Positions 37,799 through 51,477 of a DNA stretch of 64,000 nucleotides are shown here, piece after piece. Under the pieces are notes generated by a model. It did no database searches. It was not told the origin of the DNA and worked only from the letters and a program-made list of their open reading frames with translations. Within the stretch, counting starts at the first letter, position 1, and each line of letters starts with the position of its first letter. The stretch comes from Utricularia gibba (lineage: Eukaryota; Plantae; Magnoliophyta): assembly GCA_002189035.1 (NCBI GenBank), contig CM007991.1:5146001-5210000 (forward strand). The letters are read 5' to 3'. Both the position numbers and the translations under genes were made by a program.

Positions 37799-38854
37799 TG
37801 ATAAACGAAAAATATGTGCAACGTCGTTAGAATTGCAAATTTCTCCTATCAAATAAAATTTATAAACTTAATTCACCTCAAATCATATGAAAAATATGAG
37901 CATAGTATACTAGGATCGAATACAAGGAGCTAGGTGCTTGGTATATGAAAGTCAATGGATGAAATCAGTGTTACATTGGTAAATTTGGTCTTAACTAGGA
38001 CTAAGGCAAAACTACGATGGAATACAGTAAAGAAAAGTAACAAATTTATGAACTCTGTAGTTCCTCGAATGAAATGAGTGATGCCTTGGGACTCCTAGGG
38101 GATGTATGCTTATCACTAAACATGCTTACACAAACCATAAATCAAATACTTAACACACAAGGTCTAGGTCTACGCGGACTCTTGTTTTTCCCCTAATATT
38201 TTGTCTACCTCTAATTAAGGTTGTTAAGCTGAGTTTCACTTATTCCCCTCTTGAATCTATCCTGATTTGTTAAGGAAGTGGCGTGACCTATGGTTCATTA
38301 GGTCTAAAGATTGATTAGCACATTTCTCTCCTTTTCACCCCAAGGCACCCCTAAATACTTAGTCACTCATGATTAAGGTAAATGAAAATTGAAAAAAAAA
38401 CATCATCCACATTGTACTCATCTCACAGTCAAACACCGGAAAATAAACAAGAAAAAAACTAGAAATGTCGCTAACTACTCTTAACTAAGAGTAATATTCT
38501 TTGGAAAACCTTCTTCCTGGTTTATAAAAATAATCAGCTTCATTCCTGGTTCGTCTTCCTCCTTCTTCCCCCAGAAAACCTTCTCCAAAAAGAATGCGTC
38601 GTGTGTCTCCAATGGGGGAAATATTTTTCTCTCTCCATCTTGTCCCTCTTTTTGTCCAAAATCCTACTTTTTCCTTCCTTAAATTTTGTGTGTACTCCTT
38701 TACAGACTTCTACCTCGTCCTCTACCACTATATTGTTCATATCAAGCTCCTTAGGATTTATGTTGCGACCTTTGCTACAATTCTCAAAGAAAACTATTAG
38801 AAGATTGGGACTAAATTGTAGATTTAGTCCCAACTAAGACTAAAATTACACAAT
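37799..38854 (-). mobile_element. LTR family E, 5' end lost at an Angela insertion
   Basis: Begins tgataaacgaaaaat (reverse complement of the E end). Matches 41933-42619 and 54543-55066. Confidence 0.85.
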
Positions 38855-40080
38855 TGTTGGGTTTCTCGTAGACATCGTATGTCTCAAAGGCAGCGCAATT
38901 TTAAAATTTTGAGAAACCCCAAACGCAGATCTTGGAATATGGTATACATCAGACGAAGGGATGTTCAAAGTACCTTTCAGATGACTCTGTTGTTCACCAA
39001 CCACCAATAGCATACGGCCTCTATGGTATCCACATGTGGAGCACTCTGTCGATAACCTTCTCAAGGCTCTTGAATGTTGGTCGAATTTCTCAGGTGCTAG
39101 TATAGAAAAACGCCCCATTGTGGATCAGTCTCAGAGAGAACGAAGACCTTGGAGCAAATCTCAAGATCTAAATCTTTTTGATAGATACTTATGTGACATA
39201 TCAAATCATATCTCCATAAAGATCTTATCTTGTGAAGACATGTATATGTTTCAAATCATATCTATATGAGATCTTTTATTTTGAGTTTAATCAATATTAG
39301 TCTCAAAATATCTCTCTATTTAATTTAGCCACTTTACCAATTACATCTCATGTAATTGTGTCATTCTATTTTATATTGATAAGTGACTCCACTATTGTGT
39401 GTTACCCTATAGGCTTCTTTAATTAAGGCCGTAATAATAGATTTATTAATTAACTCTTAATTAATCAAATCCATCATTATCGATCATGAGTGATGTCTAG
39501 CAACATATCATGATCCCCAAGATTAAAGAATAATCAGATGAACTGATTGAGACTTTCCATGACTAGCCACCATGCAATGAACAGCTTTTATCATACTTAT
39601 ATCTCATTCGATACAAGAACTTGGGTGTGTGTCCTTCTGATGTATCGAACTTATAATTGCATTCAAGCACTAACACTCAATGACCTACTCAAACAATTCG
39701 AGTGTCATTACCCTGGGCCCAGAACTTACTATTAGGCTTTGATGCAATTACTTGAGGTATGATCTCATTGCTAACATGAGTGATGAATCCTTTATTGATC
39801 AATCAACTATCTCCAATCTTAAGGAGTCACATCCCTACTCATCCATACTAGGCAAGCCATGGTTAGGCTCCCATTAGTAATGATCGAAAATGTGAGCTTA
39901 AGATTAAGATAACTTTGTTAACCTCAAGTCTACGCTTACTTGCACGGCTGTCATATTCGAGATCTTGCTACTGAAACTTGGTTAGCTTCTCATAGTAGCT
40001 TCTAGAAGATGAGTCATCCAGTGAATCGATTCACTAATCGACACCCACACATAGGTTCTAGTAATCTGATTACATCCATT
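38855..40080 (-). mobile_element. Angela-like LTR, 5'-truncated
   Basis: Starts tgttgggtttctc (reverse complement of ..gagaaacccaaca). Colinear with 44180-45400. Confidence 0.88.
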
Positions 40081-40388
40081 GAAAAGATAAGAGAATTGCC
40101 GTCGATTGCTTTCAAAACCGAATTGTGAGTGTGTTCCCAGCTATTGCCAATGACCAATGGTAGGTACGAGGTCACTACCTATCCATTGTCGCGGTACCTC
40201 AATCACAAACAATTCGCTATTTGCCTCGAACCAGTAGGGTTGGAGATGGTGTTCTTCACCTTGTTCTTTATCAAAATCCATGAGGAGTAGCTTGCTACTC
40301 ATGGACCGTGACTAAGAGGCGTTACAGAAAAAATACAACAAGACGCGTGGAAGTATGCAAAGTCCGGAATGAATTCAGCAAAGAACCG
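40081..40388 (-). mobile_element. Internal fragment of LTR family C
   Basis: Reverse complement matches ~60980-61290. Confidence 0.8.
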
Positions 40389-40456
40389 AGATTAGTGTTT
40401 AAGTCTTACTAGGGTAAGAGCTAGTACTGTACCAGCGTACTTTCCGCGTTGAAAAG
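40389..40456 (+). repeat. 68-bp fragment of LTR family B, opposite in orientation to its neighbours
   Basis: gtgtttaagtcttac..ggtaagagctagtact..agc.tactttccgc.ttgaaaag matches ~9958-10023. Confidence 0.85.
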
Positions 40457-41932
40457 GAGTTACTCGCATGCTTCAAGTGTTCAAAAAAAAAAATAACCTC
40501 TGCACAGGTACTAACTTGATCCTAACAGGCAGTAGCATGCTAGCAGTGACATGTACGAGTTTTGCCTTGCAAGACACATACAAAACTGTGGCTGAAAATG
40601 AAAATGATGCTCATGAAGGTACTAAACAAAAGCATAGAAACTTGAGAACTCTTCCACTACGACTTAGTCGCATTCCCCTCCCGTTGTTCATCCTTATTTC
40701 TCCTTGAGTGTTTGGCCAGACCACAAAAATGTTCAGGGAAAATGATGAGTTCATAGTGTCTAAGCCTAAAGTTCTTATTTCCTACAAGAATTTTTTACAG
40801 CACGGCTTTTCTGATATGCCCGCCTTTTGTACCTGTCTACTTTTCTCTTCTTCTCTCTTTTTTTTAATATAGCTCGGCTTTTCAGATTTGAGCTTGCCTT
40901 TTATCATCAAAAAAATCTTTTATGTGCATCAGCCACGGTCTATATATCTAACTCAGCGCAACCCACACATCCACATAATAGCAAGCCACGTACAAGCAAT
41001 TCACAAGTCCTAGTGCAAATAGAGCAAAACACAAGCCACATGCATGCACTTTTCCACAAAATCTGGCTACCCTTATATAAGTCTTAAGCACATAAGAACT
41101 AAAAAGGCTGAGTCCTCATAGAAGCGAAGGGGTAGGCATCTTACAATGCATGCATGAACCATAATTCCTAAACATGCGCAGCAGTACTCAAGGCAACAAA
41201 AGATAGACAAACAACTACAAAACACATGCAAAGACAAGTACAAAAAGTGAAACACATAAAACACAGAACATAAATATACAAAACAAATAGGGTAAAAGTT
41301 TAGTCAAGATTTAGGAGGGACAGTAGGACCTACATTTGTCTGCAAATCTAGAAGAATTTCCAAATACATCTTCAAGGTTTCTACAATGCCTCTCAATTCG
41401 TTAATTTCCTTCAAACAGCAGCACTCTCCGCTTTTTACAGGTGCTTGCCCTATCCCAACAGATGTAGAAGCTTCCTGAGCATTGGGCAGGGCCTGCTCCA
41501 CAATGTTTCCTTCGCCCGTGCTCAATAAAAATACGATCTTGCCCTTGGCAAGTCGAATCATACCAATGTTCATGAGAAAAGACAAGTCTATGGGGAGATG
41601 TGGGGGTCCAATATCCAAATTTGCATTTTCTAAAATGTCAGGACCAAATTCCTGAGCCAAATAAGAAATCCAATTTCCAAACTGCAAAGTCAAGACACAG
41701 GTCCTATTCCCTACTTCCTTTTTCATCAAATCCGCAAGCAATGTACCCACATTCAATGGTCTTTTCATCATTAAACTCCACAAAATAAAAGTTTCATTTT
41801 TAAACAATGAATTGAAAGCCTATTGATGCTGAAAAAAGGAAGCCGAAAGCAAGACATGAATGATCCTCCACACAAGATCAACTATAAGACTAGCCTTAGT
41901 GCCTTTTTGTTGAAAAATTACTTCACACTACC

Positions 41933-42619
41933 GGGTAACACATATTTTTGAGTGATTGAGTGCATGGAAAAGATTCATATTGTGCTACAAAAATTTAGTT
42001 TTATTACCTAGTTTTATATTTTTGTGCATAAGCACCGTAATTGTGTTAGTCTTAGTTGGGACTAAATCTACAATCTAGTCCCAACCTTCTAATAGTTTTA
42101 TTCAAGTAATGCAGTGCAGGTCGCAACACAAATCCCTAGGAGCCAAATATGCACAGCGTAGTGGCAGAAGATGAGTCCAAAAGCCTGAAAAGTTGTACAC
42201 ACAAAATCCAAGGAGGAAAAAAAGGGAGATTTTGGACAAACAAGAATCAGGGTAGACCTAGATCTTGTGAGTTAGTTGTATGATTTATGATTTATGTGAG
42301 CTTGTTTAGTGATGGGCATACATCCCCTAGGAATCCCAAGGCATCACCCATTCCATTCCAGAAACTACAGAATTCCAAAACTTGTTGCTTTTCCTTATTG
42401 CATTCCATCGTAGTTCTGTTTTATTCCTAGCTAAGACCAAATTTACCAACATGACACTGATTTCATGTATTAACTTTCACATAGCAAGCACCTGCTCTTC
42501 GTGTTCGACCCTGATCACTATGCTCATAATTATTTTATGCTAGAATGTGTATTAGGTTATAAATTTATTTGATAGGAGAAATTTGCATTTTACGACATTG
42601 CAAAATTTTTCGTTTATCA
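41933..42619 (+). mobile_element. Solo LTR family E with an internal deletion (687 bp)
   Basis: Perfect TSD CTACC (41928-41932 / 42620-42624). End CGTTTATCA. Start mutated to GGGTAACAC. Confidence 0.88.
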
Positions 42620-43899
42620 CTACCCAATCAATTGTTCATACACTTCATGCTCATCAAAGTAATCTATTCCAGGAAAATCAAACATTGAAGTCTGGAAAGC
42701 AGTGGAATTTATATCATCCTCAGAAACAAATGCTAAGGCTCGATTCCAATCGGCTAAAGAATATGCAAACCATTTGCCAAACAGTCTAAACCAAAGAATA
42801 CCAGGTGCAAACACAATTTCAGGCACATCATATGCAAAAATAGTGAAAAATTCATAGCATAATTCAGCGCAAGTAGGAAGTTTGTTCTGAAAAATCTGAA
42901 GAAATGGTGTACCTTCCAACCGTTCTTTTACCTCTTGCTCGATGGCATGATGCTGAAGAGTTTCAATATCCACAGAACGAACCAGTTTTGGCCCTGCTCC
43001 AAAAATCGTGTCCAGCTTTTCCTTGTGGGCTTTGCTGCTGAACCGGAGATACTTTGTGAAGATTTCAATATCTTCTTTGCTAAAAAATGCCCGCCCTTCT
43101 CCAGTCATTCTTCTGGAGCAGTCTTCCAACTCTGCCATGGTGATGTTGCTGTCTACAAAAATGGTAGAGCAAACAGGGGGTTTAGTCATTTTCTTTTTAC
43201 CTTTTTCCTCCTTGCGTTGTTTAACTTTTCCTCCCTTCTGCGTTGTTCCAGTTTCCTTCTCTTCTTGGGCTCTTTTCTTTTGTTCTTTGGTGGCTCTCTC
43301 TGGTTGTTCCCTTCGAACAGTAGAATTCTCTGTCCTTGCTTTCTCGGTAGATGCGGGTGTTGGTTCAGGGGCAAGAGCCTTTTCTGGTTACTTTTTGTTG
43401 TTCACTGTTGCCGTGCCCTTCTCCTTGCTGGCAGCATTTTCCTCCTCCCACTGTTTGGCTGCCAAATTTTCTTCCTCGGCCCTTTTCTTGTGCATTTGGT
43501 AGGCCCTTTTGACTCTTCAACAAAGCAGAGTCAAAGAATTTTGTAGGGAAAAAATCAAAGCATTTTGTAGGCCCTTTTGGTGCAACATCAAGAGTGGAAG
43601 TGGAAGCAGGGGCCGCACTCTTGGGAATGTCTCTCACCAAGGGTTCTGAAATTTCCTGGTCCTCAAGGAAATTGGCATAAATGGGCTCTGGTGTGAGAAG
43701 GGGTCCAAGGGTGAAGTTCTCCGGTGGTCGAGGAGTAACAGTGGCGGGTGGCCGGTGTGGTGGCAGAGGGGCGAGGGGTAGCCAGAGTAAGTGAAAAATC
43801 AATTGAACGCACCAGAATCGGGGTCAAAGAAGCAGGCGGGCGTGGAGAACGCTGGCGTGGGAGGGCGTAACGGTAACAGCGGTTGGCTACGGTGCAGAG

Positions 43900-45400
43900 T
43901 GTTGGTGTATGTGTTCTAGAGACAATCAACTCATTGGCAAATCTTATCTTTTGATATTTACTTTGAATTGTGATCAAATTTATATCCTTGATAAAATCCT
44001 CTACTTGATCTATGTGATATAGAAATTATGATGAGATCATAATGTGAGATTCTTCAAGCACTCATGATCAAGTTAAAAACTCCCTAGCTAAAGTAATTGT
44101 GAAATGAGGATATCACAAATACGGATAAGCTGGCACACATTGAGTTCCCTAAATTGTTTAGGCAATGGTTCTCACAATTGATGTAATGAGATTACTAGAA
44201 CCTATGTGTGGGTGTCGATTAGAGAATCGATTCATTGGATGACTCATCTTCGAGATGCTACTATGGGAAGCTAACCAAGTGTTAGTAGCAAGATCTCGAA
44301 TATGACAACCGTGCAATTAAGCTTAGACTTGAGGTCAACAAAGTTATCTTGATCTTAATCTCACATTTTCGCTGATTACTAGTGGGAGCCTAACCATGGC
44401 TTGCCTAGTATGGATGAGTAGGGATGTGACTCCTTAAGATTGGAGATAGATGATTGATCAATAAAGGATTCATTACTCATGTTAGCGATGAGGTCATATC
44501 TCAAGAATTGCATCAAAGCCTAACAGTAAGTCCTGGGCCCAGGGTAATCACTCTCGAATTATTTGAGTAGGTCATTGAGTGTTAGTGCTTGAATGCAAAT
44601 GTAAGTTCGATACATCAGAAAGACACACACCCATGTTCTAGTATCAAATGAGATATAAGTATGATGAAAGCTGTTCATTGCATGGTGGCTGGTCATGGAA
44701 AGGCTCAATCAGTTCACCTGATTATTCTTACATCTTGGGGATCATGATATGTTGCTAGACATCACTCATGATCGATAATGATGGATTTGATTAATTAAGA
44801 GTTAATTAATAAATCCATTATTACGGCCTTGATTGAAGAAGCCTATAGGGTCACACACAATAGTGGAGTCACTCAACGATATAAAATAGAATGACACAAT
44901 TACATGAGATATAATTGGTAAAGTGGATAAATTAAATTGAGAGTTATTTTGAGATTAATATTGATTAAACTCAAAATAAAAGATCATATATAGATAAGAT
45001 TTGGAACATATACATATCTTCACAAGATAAGATCTTTACGAAGGTATGATTTGATATGTTACCATATATCTATCAAAAAGATTTAGATCTTGAGATTTGC
45101 TCCAAGGGTCTTCATGCTCTCAGAGACTAATCCACAAGGAGGCGTTTTTCTCTACTAGCACCTGAGAAATTCGACCAACATTCAAGAGCCTTGAGAAGGT
45201 TATCGACAGAGTGCTCCACATGTGGATACCATAGAGGCCGTATGCTATTGGTGGTTGGTGAACAACAGAGTCATCTGAAAGGTAATTTAGAATCCCTTTG
45301 TATAATGTATACCGTATTCCAAGATCTGCGTTGGGGGTTTCTTAAAATTTTTAAAATTCCGCTGCTTTTGAGACATACGATGTCTACGAGAAACCCAACA
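43900..45400 (+). mobile_element. Solo LTR, Angela-like Ty1/copia (1501 bp)
   Basis: TGTTGG...CCAACA termini. Perfect TSD CAGAG (43895-43899 / 45401-45405). aaaattccgctgc near the 3' end, as I recall for Angela LTRs. Confidence 0.92.
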
Positions 45401-46020
45401 CAGAGATGGTCAATGAGGCACCGGAGGCAAGGGTGTGAAGATGGGCGACTAGTAAGCGTAGTAGCAATTGCAGAATGTTGGCTTCCACCTGCGCAGCGAG
45501 CAGCATTTCATCGGAAGAGGGCCTAGGGCTCGCGGTAGAAGGCGCGGTAGCAGATTGGGGGAAAATTTGAACAGTGTGTGGCATATTGGAGGTCGAGTTG
45601 GGTGGTATCGAGGCTTTTGAAACAGATGGGTGGTCAAGGGTGGCCGGTGGCATGGCGGTGGAGTCAGAGGACGGAAGGTTTGCCATGGAAGAGTCACAAC
45701 GGTCTTAAAAGAAAGAGGCAAGGGGTGCAAAAGCGGAAAGTAACTGTTGGGAAGAAGGGTTTCCCACCCTTTTTTAATGGAACCCACTGGGCCTGTGTAA
45801 CTAAAAAAATAAAGAAGGAATTGCAACTACATAGCAGATAGGCCATTGCACTAGAAATCAACAAAATAACAGATTGCAACTGCATAGAAGGCAAAATGCA
45901 TAACTGAAAGTGCAAAATGAAAATAAAAATGCATAAAGAAAATAAAAGGAGAAAATACTGGTTACCTACCAGCGAGGACCCTAGAATAAGTCTTAGGGTA
46001 AGACTTAAGTGGAAAGTCAC

Positions 46021-49000
46021 TTAGAGACGAACTTCAGTGAATGCCGCAGCTTTCACTGGGCGTCCCACTTCATCGATCATAAGCTCATGGAATACTTTCA
46101 ATCTGTGACCATTCAGAGTGAATGAACTATGCATGTCTCTGTCAAACAACTCAATGGAACTATTAGGATTCACATTTTTAATCACAAATGATCCTTCCCA
46201 ATGAGATTTCAGTTTACTTGGGTGAAGTTTGAGTTTAGACTGAAATGATAATACCTTCTGCCCAGGTTCAAAGTGCTTTTGCAAGATCTGACGGTCATGG
46301 AACTGCTTCGTGCATTCCTTGAAGATTTTAGAATTCAGGTAGGCCTTATGTCTTAGTTCATCAAGCTCTGAAAGTTGGAGCTTTCTCAAATCACCACTTC
46401 CTTGAATCTCCAAGTTCACTCGTTGGATTGCCCATCTAGCCTTTTTCTCTAATTCAATGGGCAAATGACAATGTTTACCATTTACAAGACGAAAGAGAGA
46501 CATACCGATGAGGGGTTTTGAAGGCTGTGCGAATTGGTCACAAGGTGTCATTCAGCTTGGAGCTCCAGTCCTTGCGAGAGGAAGTCACAGTCTTCTCCAG
46601 AATTTGCTTGATCTCCCGATTAGAAACTTCTGCCTGCCCATTGGTCTGAGGGTGGTAAGAGTTAGATGGCTTGTACCAGACTCCATAGCCTTTCAACAGT
46701 CTCTCCATAGCCTTGTTAAAGAAATGGCCTCTACGATCACTAATCAAGGCTTTGATTGAATGAGTGTTGTGCCTTGGTGGGGATTGCCTCTATCCACTTT
46801 GAAACATAGTCCATTGCCACCAGGATGTACTCATAGCCATCAGAGTTTGGAAAGGGGCCCATGAAGTCAATACCCCACACATCGAACACTTCTGGAACAA
46901 CAATTGGCTGCATAGGTAATTTTCACAGCTCTTACAGTAAGACTTGGCATCCTTGAAAACTGTTGGCCAATAATAACTACAATCCAGCACCTTCTTGGCA
47001 GTACGGTTAGGACCATGGTGCCCTCCACAAGGAGACGCATGACAGAAAGCCAACACTTGCTGAATATCATCTTTAGCCAAACAGTGTCCCACAACACCAT
47101 CAGCACAATTTTCCCACAGATAGGGGTCATCCCATAAATAGTGCTTACTCTCACTCTTCAACTTTAGCTTCTCATAACTCTTTATGTCAGCATACCATGG
47201 TTCACTAGTCTTCCCTGCATCAGCCATAATCGCACAGAGTTGTTCATTTCGAAATTCTTCAACAATTGGAGCACCATCCATGGGTTGCTCAATTCTGCTG
47301 AGGTGATCTGCAACTTCATTGAGCTTCCTAGGCTTATCCTTGATTTCCACATTGAACCCTTGCAGCAATAAGACCCACCTCATAAGCCTCGGTTTAGTCT
47401 TCTTCTTAGACATGAGGTGTTTGATGGTGGCATGGTCTGTGTGCACAATCACTTTGTTGCCCAGCAAATAGCTTCTGAACTTCTCCAATGCAAATACAAC
47501 AGCTAGCATCTCCTTCTAGGTTGTAGTGTAATTTACTTGAGCATTATCCAAGGTTTTAGAGGCATAGCTGATAACAGTGTCTTTTCCATCAAGTTTCTGG
47601 CCCAATCCAACACAGCTCCAACAGCATAGTTGGATGCATTAGTCATCACATGGAATGGCTCACTACACTTGGGAGCTTGAATGATAGGAGCTGATGTCAC
47701 AGCTGCCTTGAGAGTGTCAAAAGCATGCTTACATTCATGTAAAAAAGCAAACTCAACATCTTTCTGCAAGAGGTTGGTTAGTGATCGAGCAATTTGAGAA
47801 AAACCTTTAATAAACCTCCTGTAAAATCCGACATGGCCTAAAAATGCATGAACATCTCTTTCATCACGTGGATATGGTAAACCAGAAATAGTGTTTACCT
47901 TAGCAAGATCTACTGTAAGACCTGCTGCAGAAACAACATGCCCAAGTACAATTCCATGGCGTACCGTGCAATGGCACTTTTTTAGAGTTCAAAACTAAAT
48001 CTTTTTCAACACAAGGTTTTAATACAAGCTTCAAATGATTCTAACAATCATCAAAACTAGTCCCATGCACAGTAAAGTCGTCCATAAACACTTCTTTCAA
48101 ATCATCAATATAGTCTGAAAAAATGCTAGTGACACACCTTTGGAACGTCACTGTTGCATTGTAGAGACCAAACGGCATCTTCTTGTACGCATAGGTCCGA
48201 AAGGGGCAGGTAAAAGTCCTCTTTTCTTGATCATCAAGGAACTTTTCAACTTCATTGGACTTAAAAATAGAAATATCATCAGCATACCCAATAGTGATAG
48301 CTCCTTTCCTTCAATCAATTTGAGCATTTGTAGTAGCTAGGAAAGGTCGTCCTAGAATTAAAGTATTATCATTCACCCTATCTGGTGGAATTTTCACAAC
48401 GACAAAATTGCAAGGATAACAGGTTTTAAAGACTCTAACAAGAACATCTTCAGCAATACCCTATAGAATGGCCACTGATCTGGTTGCAAGCTATAATTTC
48501 AAGTTTGTTGGCTTGAGTGGTTCCAAATCTAGTGCTAAATAGACTTCATAAGGTATCATGTTGATTGAAGCATCTTGATCTACCATTGCCTTGTTGATAA
48601 ATTTAGTTCCTACCTAGATCGGAACAAAGAATGTTCTAAGATCTGAACATTTTTCTGGCATTGGTTGGGTCAGGAAGGAAGAGACTGGAGCACTGACTTT
48701 GATCACTTCTTCATCCTTGCTCTTCCTCTTCGAACTACACAAATCCTTCAACACTTTCATCCCTTTTGGTACTTGCCTCAAATAGTCCACAGCCTTCATG
48801 GTAATCCTAGCAAAATCCAAATCTGAAATTATGGAGTCCTTCTCTTCTTACATGGCTCTAGCTTGTAATCTTCCAAGAAAAAGGGGTGTCTTCTTCACCT
48901 CGACAATAGGTTCTTCTACTGCTTTTCCATGCAGCACCTTATCCTCAGAATTAATTTGAATGCTTTCTACTGTTCTGCTATGGCTTGCAGGGGCTTTTCG

Positions 49001-50469
49001 GTCAGGTAGTTGCTTCTCACCATGGAGCTGAGATGGTAACTTCCCTGAATTTCTGTTCAGTTCAGCAAGCTCTATAACAACTTGGCCAATTTGCCTCTCA
49101 AGACTCTTCATCATCTTCTCTGATTCAGTATCTCTTTTTGCTTGTTAAGCATCACATGTGGTCATGTTTTCTAGCTTCATCTTCATCATTTCTTCAATTG
49201 AAGGAGGTGGTTTAACACCTAAAGTGCTTGGCTGGTCGACTCTTAAATGTGAGGGTTGATAAGGATTGCTTGAGTATCTATTTCCCTACTGAACATTCTG
49301 TCCTTGCTGATTCCCTACGGTGGAGTGAATCCCAGGTGTTGCGGATTTTCAATGTTGGTGCTTCTCCAACTGAAATTGGGATGACTCCTCATAGGCTCAA
49401 AATGCTGGTCATTCTTGGGCTTGAAATAATCATCTCTGTTATTCATATACCCCATTGCATTCACTCCTTCAATGTAATTGTCCAGGTTACCTTTCATGGA
49501 GCAATGATCAGAATTATGTCCAAGAATTCCACAAACTTCACAAGGCACAAATTTGGCATGAACAAGTAATATACCTTTCACCATATCCTTCAATTCAACA
49601 TTGTCCTTTTCATTTCTTGCTGCTTCATTTTCTCTCAATACTTCCAATTAGTTCACTTGTCGCTGGGCTCGAGATCTAAATTGAGAATGCCTAGAATGTC
49701 CTATTATTTCCTTGATTTTCTCCCAGTCTTAAGATGGGGTAAGAGTCCTTATATTGCCATGTGCAGCAGAATCCAACTTATCTCTTTGGGCAGCAGTCAA
49801 GCCCTCCAAAAAACACTTCACTTGCTTCAATTTATCAAATCCATCATGTGGACAGCTTGAAAGAAGAGTTGTGAACCTATCCCAATACTCATGTAAAGCC
49901 TCATCATAATCCTGAAAAAAAATCTCTATTTTGCTTCGAATTTCATCAGCTCTAGACATAGGAAAAAACTGATTCAAAAATGCTTTCTTCATTTCCATCC
50001 AACTCCTTATACTTCCTGGTTCAAGTGTGTTGAACCAAGTTTTGGCATGTCCTTCAAAAGTAAATTGGAAAACTTTGAGTAGTAAGTCATCCTCAGTTAT
50101 TTCCTTGGGTCGCAACACAGCTCCAACAACAATGCAATTGTCAATGTGCATGTGAGGATCCTCATTCTTGTTCCCATAATACTCAGGAAACAAAGTAAGA
50201 GTTCCTGGCCTCAACCCCAAATTAATTGTTGTTGTAGGAAAGGTAATGCATTGCCCTCGATAAGTATGATCCAGTGACTCATGCTCTCCATTAATCTTCT
50301 CCAAGATATTCACAAGCTCCTGGTTGTTTGATGGGTTGTCAGCCATCTCTATGGCTCTCAACTTAGCCTCTTCTTGATTTTGTTTGTGCTCCTTTATAAG
50401 TAATTTTGCTGTCCTCTCGATCTCCAAATCGAGGGGTTCAAGTGGACCTGCAACAGAACATAAATGCAT
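46021..50469 (-). pseudogene. Athila gag-pol pseudogene
   Basis: gag PLEPLDLEIERT, FTFEGHAKTWF, CPHDGF. Protease region, RT VFMDDFTVHG, RH TNASNYAVGAVL and [15 protein letters not shown], integrase [37 protein letters not shown]. Deletions and frameshifts. Confidence 0.92.
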
Positions 50470-50733
50470 TAAAAATACAGAAATTAACAGACACCATTCC
50501 TCGATAATGGTGCCAGTTTGACTCTCAAGGTGGAAAATGTTAAGACTTAAACACAGACTAGAGGAAATATTAAGTTTTCGGCTCAATCATTGCCAATTGA
50601 GCCTGTTTTCCCAATAAACATATTTCAACAAACTAAATACACAAAAGGAGACAATTTGGCACACTAAACAATATTTAACCCTAAAAAACATACTTAAAAA
50701 CACATACAAAACACAATAAAAACGGTGTTATCA

Positions 50734-51477
50734 AGTACGAGGTCACTACCCATCCACTATCGTGGTATCCTGATCAAAAATAATTTGCTATCTTCCTCAA
50801 ACCAATAGAGTTAGAGATAGTGCTCTTCAACTCGCTCTTCATCAAAATCCATGAGGAGTGGCCTGCTACACATGGACCGTCACTATGTTACAACAAAACG
50901 CATAGAAATATGCGAAATGCGAAAGAAATTCAGCAAGGAATCAAGATCGATGCTCAAGAAATGGAAGGAAACATCATTTATTCCCACAAATTAAAGAGCT
51001 TTAGCCATGAATAGTCATGAAAACAAATAACTAAGGTGCTCTTCCTCTCTTAGGTGAGAAAAGGTTTTATCCAAATTGTTCCAAGTTCCATTTAATTCAC
51101 TCCCATGTGCATTAACTTTCTCAACTCTCTTTCCATCATTCTTTCTATCTTGCGTGTGCAACGAGTGCAAGTAAACATCCAATCATTGATGTAGAACATA
51201 TCGTAAGTCAAAGGTCCTGACTAGTGTAAGTCTTCCACCCACAATTGTTCTTAGTCGCGTGCAAGTCATGAAATGTGAGTGTTTGGTCTCTTGCAACACT
51301 CCAAGCGTGCTCTAACACATTTTGGACAAAGTGCACGAAAAAGATAATAAAAATATGTACCAAATACAAAAATATGAATTTTCTAATAATATAAAATACT
51401 TATTTATATAACTCCTAATTTGGGTGACTTAATACCAAATTAACATGTAATAAACAAGTAGAAAATAACACTTAACA
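50734..51477 (-). mobile_element. 5' half of LTR family C
   Basis: Ends aaaataacacttaaca, the reverse complement of the TGTTAAGTG start at 60355. Cut off at the family B LTR. Confidence 0.82.

Larger units (their letters stand above)
41304..45686 (-). pseudogene. Athila accessory (env-like/ORF1-like) ORF pseudogene, split by two solo LTRs
   Basis: Pro/Ser-rich start at 45686, K/E-rich linker, then LCYEFF..WFRLFGK..SLADWNRAL. It continues in frame across the CTACC TSD as C-E-V-I-F-Q-Q-K-G-T-K-A-S-L-I-V-D-L-V-W-R-I-I-H-V-L-L, then FILWSLMMKRPLNVG..LQFGNWISYLA. Confidence 0.75.
40457..50733 (-). mobile_element. Near-full-length but defective Athila-like family B element (no 3' LTR, shortened 5' LTR, two nested solo LTRs)
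   Basis: 5' LTR 50733-~50520 (TGATAACACCG), degenerate Asp-PBS tggcaccattatcgagga, gag-PR-RT-RH-INT, the typical post-integrase non-coding block, accessory ORF and 3' UTR. Confidence 0.9.

Noticed and set aside
42935-43546. 203-aa and 164-aa hydrophobic plus-strand ORFs (apparent membrane proteins)
   Set aside because: Antisense of the A/G-rich K/E linker of the Athila accessory ORF. The hydrophobicity is a compositional artefact.
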